64,000 nucleotides of DNA from Takakia lepidozioides (GCA_030704615.1 CM060731.1:94302001-94366000); one strand, 5' to 3'. Counted from the stretch's first letter, positions 37,456 to 49,277 are shown. Made by a program: numbers and translations. The notes: generated from the sequence alone by a model not told the origin.

Positions 37456-40400
37456 AAACCTACAGGTACCACTGCCAAGTTTCGGTCAATCCTACCATTG
37501 ATATTGGGAAGGTGACATGGCGCACAATTATGCACATGATCCTTCCAAGGCATGCCATCCCGACCCTCCAAGATCAGGACTCCTGAGGGCAACACCTCTC
37601 AAACCCTCAGAATAACACGCCCTGCAGTCACATCCAGGGTCGTAGGAACAGTCTGCTGCAAATAAACATAGTCACCAGGGCTAAACCTTCGAACCCCATA
37701 ACAATATCCTCCACCACGTATAGTGGCATACCTCAACATGTCACGGTGCTGTGCAATGGCAAGGTTCTCAAAAACCATGGGCATGACTTTCTTGAACAAC
37801 TCTGCACGCTGATCACATGCACGTACCCATACGTCCGGATCGTCAAGGTTAAGGACTTGAGCAATGTCCCTACGAATGGCTGCAGGCAAATCCGGCTCTC
37901 GGCCAAAGAGAAGGAAATATGGTGAGAAGGAAGCAAGTGATGCTTGCTTGTTGAACCTGTAGCCCATGGCTGACCAAGGCACCTGAAGATCCCAATCTCC
38001 TAGGTGTCCCTTCTGCAAGCCATATTTGCGCAAACCCCTCTGAACCCTCTGAAAAACTCTCTCTGCCAAGCCATTGGCCTCAGGATGATCCCAAGAAGTG
38101 GTGCGGTGGTCTATCAAGGCTTTCTCACACAAAGCATGAAACTCCCCCAAGAACTCTCTCCTTTGGTCCGTGAGTACCTCAACTGGAGCACCGAATCGGC
38201 TAAGCACACGATCCAAGAATGCATACGCAGCCCCCTCACTAGCCTTGTCAGGCAATGGAACCAACTCAATCCACTTGGAGAAGTGCTCCACCATCACCAA
38301 CACACTGAACGGGCCGGCTTTGGCCGACTCTGCCTTGTGCGCGAGCCCTGTGGTGGCGCATTGTCAGTGCCAACGGTCCTGCAAAGTCAAGACTGCATCT
38401 GTAGCCCAATCCCATGATCGGAAGAGCATGCAACTGGGGTGTAGGGGCGTTGAATGAAGCACGCACCCTATCACACACCATGCACCTAGCCACGAATCGT
38501 TGCACCTCTGTGTGCATACCACGCCACCAATACTGCCCCTGCAGTAGACTATGAGTGCGTCGCACTCCAAAATGCCCCAACTCCTCATGGGCATGTCGCA
38601 CTAACCGTGCATGTTGTGTTGGGTGAGGCACAATCCTCACCCGGCAATCCTCCCACACTCGGAGCAGGTTTGTCCCCTCCCACTTGAACCTCTTGGTTTG
38701 TTGTAGGATCCGACCCTCTCCTTGGCAGTCATAGTGGCTGTTGTGTCTCCAGTGCGGAGATAGTCTAACACAGCCAAATCCTCATGTATATCTCTGGCAC
38801 CACCTGGCTCGTCACTAGCCTCAGGGTCCTCAGACACTCCATCTACAATCATCCCTGTTGTAGGTCCAATCTGACCTCCCACTGCCAAGATACACAGAAA
38901 TGCAGATGTGTGTCATCCCGGCGCCATCTCCTTGTCTGTCTCACCATGCCACCGAGCTCCAGTGTCATCCTGCTAGCTCGTGCATGGATTGCGGCTCAAT
39001 CCATCTGCATCCCGATTGACCAAACCCGGTCGATGCACAACCTGAAAGTCATACTCATAGAGTATGAGTGCCCACCGTGCAAGCTTCCCCGTAAGCTTAT
39101 CTGACTCCATCAACCACTTGAGTGGCTGGTGATCCGTGACAGGGGTGAAGAGATTGTTGTATAGATAGCACCTGAAGTGTGTCACGGCCCACACTACAGC
39201 TAAGCACTCTCCCTCATATGAGCTATACTTAGCCTCTGCAGCATTGTTCGAGCGACTAGCATAAGCCACTACGAACTCTCTTCCCTCATCATCCACCTAT
39301 GTGAGCACCACTCCAAGCCCCAGCATGCTCCAATCCGTATGTAGCTGAAAGGGACGCCCCCTGATAGGTCGTCTCAAGATGAGCGCCAATGTCAACCTCC
39401 CCTTGAGCTCTTGAAAAGCTCGTTCCTGCTCATCTTCCCACTGCCACTCCTGGTCCACCTTGGTCAGCTTGGTTAGAGCCTTTTCAATGGCACTAAATCC
39501 CTTGACAAACCGTCTATAATAGTTTGCCAACCCCATGAAAGCTCGAACTCGGCTCATATCCGTGGGGCGTGCAATGGCCTCTACCTTAGTCTGCTGTACC
39601 CCTAATCCTCCATGATATATCATGTGACCCAGATACTCAATCTGGTTGTGGAAAAACTTGCACTTCCCCGGATGCAGCTTCAATCCGTGCGCTTTCACAT
39701 GCTCAAATACCACCTGAAGGTGTCTCCACCGTAGCACTGAAGATGATGATGTCATCTATGTAGCACCGAACAAACTCTACCCCTGCTAGAATCCTGTCCA
39801 TGACTCTCTTGAACTCTGTAGGAGCGTTCTTAAGGCTGAATGGCAAGAACCGCCACTGGTATAGGCAAACCTTGCTGTGCTCATTGGTCCCCCAAAATGC
39901 CATCTTTTGCTAGTCTACCTCCTTGATCAGCAACTGGTGATATCCGAATCGTAAATCCAAAGTGCTAAAGACCTTAGCATGCCCAATGGCATCAAAGATC
40001 TCCCTCCATGTGGGCATGGCATACTTATTGGACTTGGTCTGATGATTTACAGGCCGGTAATCACCGTACATACGTCTCTCCGTCCAATTGTCATAGACAT
40101 CTTTATTGGTTGGCATCACTGTGGCTGAAGCATACTCTCTACCAAAGAGCTCCACCAAACCTGCCTCCCAGAGGTCTTGAGTCCTCATCTGAATCAAGGA
40201 CCTCTCCATGTCATAGTATCTATAGGGTCTCCAAAAGATTGGCGTGTCAGTGGCCAACTCAATACGAATTTCCTGACCCTTCAGTGCTCCCAAGTCCTTC
40301 AAACTGAAGGCAAAGCAATTCTTGTAAGCCCTTAGGAATCGCTGTATACGTCGTCTTTCTCCTCCGGTGCTGCCAACTCCCTCTGAACGTCGAGCACCTC

Positions 40401-40559
40401 CTACGTGTGCCATGGATGCCTGCACCCCGTGGTCCTCACCGACTCGCCCCCACTCACTGCATGTACCGTCTCGGTAGGCAGGGAGCCTGTCAAGGGAAGT
40501 GTAGTGGGAGAAGTTGTCCGCAACCTGCGTTGCTCAGCCATACTCAGGCTAATGATCCA

Positions 40560-41500
40560 GGTCAAGCAATTGAGATCCATTGCTTGCCCCAACACCCAAC
40601 GACGTGATGCCTCAGAAAGAGATGGCACCGCTGTGGTACCAGTGGTAAAACCCATTGTCCGCTAATGCTCGTTGGCATTGGGCTCCACTAACTGCTGCAA
40701 CTGGGCATCCCACAGGAGGCCAGGTCCACTATCCCGAAAAGCATGCGATCCTGGAAAGCTGAGCAGTGTAGGTAGTGCTGCTCGTGGTTGATCCACCTTG
40801 TTGACCACTGCCAAAGGCGAACGGTCATTGTGTCTCACACGCTGAGACTGCCTCCCTGTGTCCAAGATGTTGTCCAGTGTCAAGTGTGCTGGCCGCTACA
40901 CCCCATCAAATGTACGCTTGAGCAGTGCGGGTGGCATCAAGTTAGTCTACCATAGCCGTGGACGATGAGCCCGTGACCCCACTGCACCTGCATCCAGCAA
41001 CACTGCTGACCCAAGCCACAACCGGACTTGATGCACACTGGCCATCACCCTGGCCCGAGAATCACCCATCAGTGGCACATTCTCCAAGATGTATGTTGGA
41101 GATACAGCTTGATGAAGCTGTAAGTGGCGCAAAACCCGCACCATCTCCCAAAACAGACCCGACCTTGAGTCTCGCAATCCATTGCCATGCCTGGCTGATG
41201 AATGCCCTTAGCAGGGCCAACCTGCCACTACCAAATGAATGGAGCCAACCCGCTCCAAATCCTGTGCCCCCAGCAACGAAATGTCTGCTGACAAGGCCTG
41301 CTAATATCCACGAATTACAGACATTGGCAACAACTCAGGGTACTGCTGCACCAACTGAGCAACATAGCGTAGTGAGAAGCGTCGTGCAGTCTCATCCCTC
41401 TCCACATACAGGTAACGCCGAACTCATACACCTGCCTGTAGCACAACAGCCAATCCGATGTTGATCCCGCCAAACAAGTCCAAAAGGCAAATGCCTTCAT
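40560..41500 (-). pseudogene. DNA (cytosine-5)-methyltransferase domain within retrotransposon pol
   Basis: One frame with in-frame stops: motif I LLDLFGGI, II YVERD, IV VAGWPC*G, V/VI DSRSGLFWEM...YILENV, VIII SRAHRPRLW, IX EPNANEH*RTMGF..GTT, X RRWVLGQAMD. Confidence 0.9.
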
Positions 41501-42141
41501 CCGGATACTGCCACACGATAGGTGTGGTATCCAATGGTGACAACTGAGGTGGTCCTGGTGCAATCACCGCACCCTCCTCCTCTCTTGGTGGTACAAAAGC
41601 CTCTACCCAGGCTTGTTGCACCCGTCAATCAGCAACCCGCTGCAAATCATTGCTCGTGCCCCACAGTGGGGTGTGAGCAATTATGGCAGACCACTCCATC
41701 GTGCCATGCATGTTATCATGCTCTGCTGGAGGTGGCACATCCTCTCCATGGGCATTGCCCTCCAACAGCTATCCAGGCCAACTCACTGTAGCTGTGAATG
41801 CTGTTAGTGTCGGCATCTTGCCCCGCTGGGCAACCGCAACTCCTCTTATGAACGTCACAGGGAGCTACACATGCCGGCCCTCCCTTGGTATACATCGACT
41901 ATGGGTTGGGAACCAAGTACTCGTAGTGGTTGCAGTGACTTGGGGGGTGCGGCTAGTGGTTCATACATGTGCAATACTATTTTTACTGTCTCCGAATAAC
42001 AACACAACACAATCCCCAACAGCCACTGATCATCCCATTGCGGATGTGATTGAGACTGGAGAACATACAGGGCATCCCATCAAAGCACGAAAAGAAATAA
42101 ACATGATGAAGAGCACGTGACATTGTATTAAGACAATACCT

Positions 42142-45100
42142 TCAGTAACTATAGGCCCATCGCCCTCGCAACCACTATATACAAATTATTCACCAGCACT
42201 TTAACTACAATGTTATCCGCCTATGGTGAACAACACCGTATTCTAAGTGATCCACAAGAAGGTTTCCGTGCAATGCGAAGCACCACCAGGCAAATACAAT
42301 ATGTCACATCTGCCCTGGAAGACGCCAAACTTACTAAACAAGATATATATCTCCTCTATATTGACTTCAAAAATGCCTTTGGTTCTCTCGACCATCCTCG
42401 CATGCTAGCCATTATGAGAGATCTAGGATACCCTACAGACGCTATTCAAATCATTGGTAATATTTATACCAATAGCACCACAGAATACTCCGGTTCCTAC
42501 TACGGTTCTACCGTCCTATTCCCATACTACGTGGCACCATCCAAGGTGACACACTCAGCCCCTACCTATTCATCATTTTTCTTGAACCCCTACTAAGATG
42601 GTTGGCTCGCAGTAACCTAGGATACCAATACAAAACCTCTTCTAATGAAATATCCACGGCTACGTATGCCGACGACCTTGCCATTCTTGCACACAAGCCC
42701 CAACATCTCAATCGTCAGGTTGACAAATTATCTCGCTTCAACCAGTGGTCTGGTATGGAGCTAAACCTTCACAAATGTGCGGTGACCGCAGCCACATACC
42801 ACAGTAAGTTCACAGAATCCACGATAGCCTCCCATTGCAAACTTCACATACATTACCAACAAACACCTCCGCTCCCTATTTTGTCATCCGACTGCCTCAT
42901 GTACCCTTGAGTGCGACCTCCCATGCTCACTCTTCCCACATAACCAGCAAGATCTCCTCCCAGAATTCAGAACAGCACCAGCTATCTCAATACTCCAACA
43001 ACTCAGAGCCTCACACAACACACATGTAGATCCTCCTCCGGGCATCCCCCTCTCTCCTCCCCCCTCTCTCCTTCCCAATCCCGTAACTAATCATTGTCAA
43101 CTTACTCCCCCTAACTCCCTAACTCCCACCTCCCTCCCGCCTAACCCATATTTAGTCAACCCTGACCATCCCGAGGCCTTTGTTATTGGGGCTATCCTAG
43201 GCATCAAAACACAAACCTCCCTCGACGCCTTTGGCGCCACATGTGTCGATACATACTACCTATGTAAATGGGCAGGTTTCCCAGTAGAAGACAACACTTG
43301 GCAAATAGAAGAAGACCTCTTCGGGAACCATGAAGACTGCGACCCTGCACACAACCGTACCCTCCTCACCAAATTCCATAAATCAACTAACACCCAATAC
43401 TTGGCACACACCCACAAACACCATATCTCCCAAACCCAACCGATGGACGCCCGATACATCCGCAACCCATTAGTCGCCCCAAATATTCATATAACAATCA
43501 CTGAATGTAACCCCGACAAAGATATTAGCCAAGTCTTCCCCATCATATGCCCCAGCCGTACAGTATCCAATATTTACACAGTCAATGGTCGCTTTCTCGG
43601 GTCTATCTCTCATGTCAGGATTGCCTGGCTCTGGGACAGATATACTGCCTCCCTCACTCACACTAGCCAGCTACAACCCCCAAGGCAAGACTTCGCCACT
43701 GAAGTCTGTCGGCTTGTCGACAGATATCTAAGTGACACCCCTCCTAAAAACCCCCACCCTCAACAAACTAGCTCAAGCCTATATACATAGCACCATCCCA
43801 TCAAACATCCTCAAGTTTCTCATTACCTCATTTCAGATTACCCACTCCTATTACTCAAGTCCACTCACGTGTCCCATTGAGCTCGATTCCTATGACAGCC
43901 TGCACCATTGCGACTGTGTATTCGGAGCCTTAGGCTCCGCAACCCAACATACCTGGTCGGGCAGCGGCCTTGCCCACCCGCCACCCGGGCCCCTCACACA
44001 TGAGGCTCTTCAATGGGCGCACCTTGCCGCCCACTCCTCCCCCTCCTCCTCCACTATCCTCATTCTCACACAGCAAAGGTCACCTGACCAACAACACCCC
44101 CTTCTACAACTCCCCAGGGGGTAACACCATTAGCTGCCATTGAACCCAACCAACTTCGCTATACACGCAACCTACCTTTTCCCAAATACCTCTGCCACAA
44201 GGAACCCATCTCTAACCCTACTTCTACTTGTCCAAAATACCCCCCATACCGCCAGACTTTCCCACTCGCCTCAAACATCTTCTATCCGACACCCATGGCA
44301 TGGTACTCACCACTTATTCACCCCCGCCAGCACACAGCCCTCTCGCCAGACCACCCCCTAGGCCAAAAACTAACAAAGCATGGGACAAGACACCACCCCG
44401 GCCCATTACCCTCCATAATGTAACCTCCCACGATGCCCCTCCGGTTTATCTGGGGCCTACCTCCCCCAAATATCCCCCACTCCACTCACACTACACAGAC
44501 GGCTCCCAATCTGGCTCCCATGCCGGATATGGCGTCTACCATGCCACCACTAACCATGGGACTGCCCATCGACTTCCAGGCCCCGCAACCATACTCCGTG
44601 CCGAACTTATGGCTATTTTTGAAGCTCTATCACAATTAGCCTCGTTCCCGCCACCATACTACATCTTCACGGATAGCCTCAACTCACTCTTTATACTTCG
44701 TAACCACATTGCCTGCCCTTCCTCCCACCACCACCACCCCGATCAAAACCTTATCTATGCTATTATCAACCTTGCCATCTCCATTGATAAACCCATTCAT
44801 TTTCTCAAAGTTCGTTCACATACTGGTATTAATAGCAACGAGGAGGCAGACCTCCTTGCCCAGCTGGGGGCCTCCAAACCCCCAGTAGAACCGTCGGCCG
44901 ACCCCATCCACATTGCTCATGCCCACCCTTTTTGGCTGATTCACCTAGTACCTGACCCCCTAGAACCCTGTCCAATTCGTAACCTCCTTACCACCTTGAC
45001 TAAAGAAGCCAACAAACAAGCCTTAGCCTCTCTTAGCCACACCAAACTACATATCCAAAAATGGACCCTCTCCACTGTCCTTCACCATAAATTATCAAAC

Positions 45101-46126
45101 CACTTTTGGAATACTAAAGCTGCATCTGACGCACAAATACGACAAACACTTAAAATTCAGATACGCCCAGTACATGTGCCATCAACGCAAACACACCTTC
45201 TGGCTTACCCTATTCCCATCCCCGCACTGCCCACTCTGCTCCCACATCCACGCCACACGCGATACCTGGCCCCATCTTCTTAGCGAATGTCCCCACCCCG
45301 TCATTCACGGACTTCGTATTGCTAGACATAACCATGCCGTATGGCATATCCATAAACTCTTATTACAATGCAATGAAACTAAGTGGTTTACACTCATCAA
45401 TGCTGGCACCTACCAAGGCCGGCCTCCGGACCATACGATACCTACATGGCTACTTCCTTGTCGATGCCAACCTCACACGTCATGCACATGTCCCGCGAGA
45501 CTATGCCCGGACATCCTCCTAGTCCAGGGCCTCCCCATTAACGCTACCCCACCGTCTGTACCATCCCCAACCATCACCATACATTTCATAGAATTTACTT
45601 TCTGCCATGACCGCTTCCCCAGCTCATCCATCCTCGAAAAACGCCAAAAATATGCACCACTCATCCTTGCTATCCGACGGCGGGGATGGGCCACAAGCCC
45701 ACTTACTGTCATCACTGCGGGCACCAGAGGGGGCATCCATAATGATAGCATCTCTGCCCTTCAAAAAAATTTCCAAATCCCTTTCATTTCCATCCACAAA
45801 TGCTTCAAAGCCATACACCTCACCACACTTCGATCTCTCACTGCTATCATCACCAACAAACCCCAGCTCGAATCTAGCCCTCCTCCCCTCCCATAGGTGC
45901 CCAGGGCGCCTCTGGGTACTTGTCGGTATCCATGGGGTACCCCATGGGCCCCACGGGTACCACCTGGTACCCCTTGCGCCACAGGTACTACTCCCTTTGC
46001 TTGTCCAGTGGTGTCCTTTGGACACCGGTTCTCACATAGGGCCCACCCCTGAAAAGGGGCAGTAGCCGCAAGACGAAGTGGCTCTTAGTTACGCCGGCTT
46101 AGGCCGGAGTCTCCTTCTTCTTCTTC
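42142..46126 (+). mobile_element. 5'-truncated non-LTR retrotransposon (Dualen/RandI-like): RT - chromodomain - PCIF1-like MTase - RNase H - CCHC/RLE
   Basis: 13-bp TSD taagacaatacct (42129-42141, 46127-46139); (CTT)n tail. RT NYRPIAL, QEGFR, YIDFKNAFGS, QGDTLSP, YADDL. RNase H YTDGS, RAELMAI, FTDSLNS, KVRSHTGI..NEEADLLA. CPLC..TWPHLLSEC, RHN, PDILL..IEFTFCHD. Confidence 0.9.
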
Positions 46127-46814
46127 TAAGACAATACCTCAAAACCGTCCCATACTTTGTACAAACTCATGAGTCCGTAACGACCATGCTTGGAACTTTT
46201 AAAAAAAAAATGTCGCATATGGTTCTCTTGCACCTAACTTGCTATTCTCCAGATTATACATAATACAATCCTAGCTTGCATGATGTCTTCACATCTTTCC
46301 TAGGCTATACAAGCTCCATTCAAAAGACATAGGACAAAAACCTGTTCAGAATCACCCTTCTGGTATTTGGCCTCAACATACTTCTGCATACACCCACAGT
46401 GAGCATATCAGTGATCATTTGCCTCCGAGAGCACATCTGTTTAGGCATACTGCAGGTCCGTTGATGAGCATATGTTATGCTCCCACATTTGGCATGCATG
46501 TTTAATGTTAAAGATGATACCCCCTTCCACCAGTATAAAGTCCAACAAACTATGATTCAACCCTACCATTTTGCATGATTCAAATCTTCCATACAAACCT
46601 CCGCACATAAAAATGAGAAGTCTCCTTCAGAGGACATGCTTCTTGCTACATTTTGAGAAGGAAATCACCGTATGTGACATGGGAATGAACTGTATCAACC
46701 TGTTGTGTCCCTACCTGGAACTCCATAGCATACATGGACTTAGGACTATAACCAGACTTTGCTCTCACAGCAGCTACCTGTGTTTCCACCCACAGACAAT
46801 TAGACAAACAAAAT

Positions 46815-46955
46815 TAGTCCATTATAAAGGGATTAGAAAACTGAAGTAAAAAGGACCATGCTTAGCAATGTTATTAGGCCTACCTGACTATACGCATCTG
46901 TCATATGGGATGACAACTCAAGCTCCAACCATGCCAAAACTTTAGAATCCATTTA
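46815..46955 (+). mobile_element. Small old fragment of the intronic LINE family (RT C-terminal part)
   Basis: accatgcttagcaatgttattaggcctacct...ctccaaccatgccaaaactttagaatccatt resembles 14800-14895. Confidence 0.7.
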
Positions 46956-48946
46956 GCTTTTCACCCATGACATGCATATCCTGCAATCATCGAGTTCCAT
47001 GACACCCCATCATCTCGTTAGCCATATTCTCAAACACCCCTTTGCATCCTCAATGCTCCCATGTTTGGCACACATTTTCATCAGTACAAAATGACATGTG
47101 GAATGATTCCAACTTTGACGATGTCACCATGGAGCTCTTTTCTTTTTCCCAGGTATGCCAAGCTTGCACATGCATTGCAAGAGAGAGACATAAGAACTGC
47201 TGAACTGCCTCCTTCTTCCAAAATAACATCAGGTACAATTCCAGCTTTGATGATGTCACCATAGACCTCTTGCCATTTTGTAGGGCTGCCAGGCTTGTCC
47301 ACACATTTGCAGAAATGCAAATGAATGTAATGTGGTTGGGCTTCACCCCTTCTTGCAACATTTGCTCATAGATCCAACCCCCATGCCGCCCATATCCTGC
47401 AATCATGGCACTCCCAGCTATTGATCCACAGGGAATCACATGTAATCTTGTGCAAGTTAGATCTGGCCCTCTTGGATGAATCTGGACCCACGCTCTATCC
47501 CTGCTCCTTCAACTATCCATGGCTCTGCACAAATCATGCATTCATCCTTGTCTTAGCAGCTGACAATGACAGCCTACATTTGTGAGCGCCTCCGCCTCCT
47601 TGAGTGCCCAAGGCACTCAAGGGTGCTTCAGCCCCCGTACCTATTGTTGCCACTGCCCCCACCACAGAGGCAACCCCTCTTGTGTCCCGACCCCCTACCC
47701 TCAAGGCAAAGGGTCGCGACATCGTCATTCGCGAAGACAGCCAAGATATAATCGGCACAAACTGGCTCCATTGCAAAAGTAGTTCTACTATTTCATGAGT
47801 GCCCTTGAAGTAAATCGGCGCCGAATTCTATTTCGATTAACATTTGTAATATGCCTGAAGGAACTCCACAGTACGTTACCACACTGTCTTTGAGGCAAAT
47901 CGGCGCCGATTTCAAGGGAGCCAGGGCGAGAACAGGATGTGCCCAAAATATGATCTGTCGCAAAACTAGAGGAAAATATTATTGTAATTCTATGAAACAC
48001 CCAACTCAGCTTATCACACTCATTCCTATGCTGAATTGTGTCTGCTACTCTCTGTAATTAAATAGGCATTCACCCTTTTTGCCTCGGTTATCCCACCATT
48101 AACTGGGGTCACAAAAAGTACTTATTCCACAGCTTCTCATCATCTCTGTTACTTGTTTGTGGATACTTTCCTGTTGTCACTTTGGCAGTATCATGTCAAA
48201 GTCACTCCAAACTATCAAAAGTTCACTCAACTAGCCAACTTGCAAGATTGAACATGGAAGAAGAAGAAGGATCCTGATAAGAGGAAAAAACAGGGTGAAA
48301 TATGTTGAAGAAGGTGCCTTCATTAGCAGTGTCTGATTTTATCAATTGTGGCGCCGCTACTGCTGTGGCTTCCAGTTGACCATCTACCCATGCAGGTTTT
48401 TTGTAGCTATCCTTCCACAGGGAGTCATAGGTGATCTGAAGCTTAAAATCCGGCCCTCTTGGATGAATCTGGACCCACACTCCATCCCTGCTCCTTCAGC
48501 TATCCATGCCTCTGCACAAATCATGCATACATCCTTGCCTTGTTGCTAGCAACTGACAATGATAGCCTAGAATTCATGCAGCAAACACGACACCACATCT
48601 CGTTCAGCCATACTGTTGAACACTCCCTTTGCATCCTCGATGCTCCCACATTTGACATACATGTCCACCGGGGCAATGTTCAGGATCACATCTGGTACAA
48701 TTCCAGCTTTGACGAGGTCGCCATGTACCTCTTTGCCCTTTTTCAGGGCTGCCAGGCTTGCACGTGCGCACTGCAAACGTACACAAACGTGATGTTGTTG
48801 GGCTTCACCCCTTCCACCATCATTTGCTCATAGGTTTCCAAAGCCTCCATCCCGCGCCCTTGCTGTGCATACCCTGCAAGTATCGCGTTCCACGACACCA
48901 CATTTCGTTCAGCCATATTGTTGAACACTCCCTTTGCATCCTCGAT
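46955..48946 (-). pseudogene. PLS-class PPR fragments interspersed with an amplified non-PPR module
   Basis: IEDAKGVFNNMAERNVVSWNAILAGYAQQGRGMEALETYEQM; ASLAALKKGKEVHGDLVKAGIVPDVIL..DMYVKCGSIEDAKGVF; frameshifted. Confidence 0.85.
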
Positions 48947-49277
48947 CACTGAAGTAGGCATCAAACACACCAAACCCGGCTTGGATGCGATGAAGGGAAA
49001 ACAAATGGTGACAAATAGAAGTCGAGTTAGTATTGTAAACTCAAAATTAGTGGTGTACGAGCAAAATTGGAGGTGTACAAGAGGGTGTATGAGCATCCGA
49101 TGGATGGGGTTGAGGTGCCCACTATCATCTGTTAATTTCATCACGTTTTCATCGCAACATGTCATGTCCGCGCGCCGTGGTGTAACGCGCCAGCAGTCAA
49201 AATTTAGTCATTTTCAGGAGTGTCAGTGGTACACATTAGCATGCTTTCACCCGGCTGACCCTTCAGAGATTAAGGTA

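Larger units (their letters stand above)
36577..41900 (-). mobile_element. Ty3/gypsy LTR retrotransposon carrying a C5 cytosine methyltransferase and an integrase-PHD fusion; decayed, gag/protease missing
   Basis: Minus-strand order: DNMT (41500-40560); RT (YASATVMP, LDLRFGYHQ, PFSLKNAP, YIDD); RNase H (LHTDWS, VAYASR, TDHQPL); integrase (HEELGH..CMVC, DFAGP, TDQ, NGLAER); PHD; PPT; LTR. Confidence 0.92.

Noticed and set aside
46036-46112. Structured 3' end as a hammerhead or HDV ribozyme
   Set aside because: No CUGANGA/GAAA core geometry and no HDV nested pseudoknot could be drawn; kept only as an unclassified structure.
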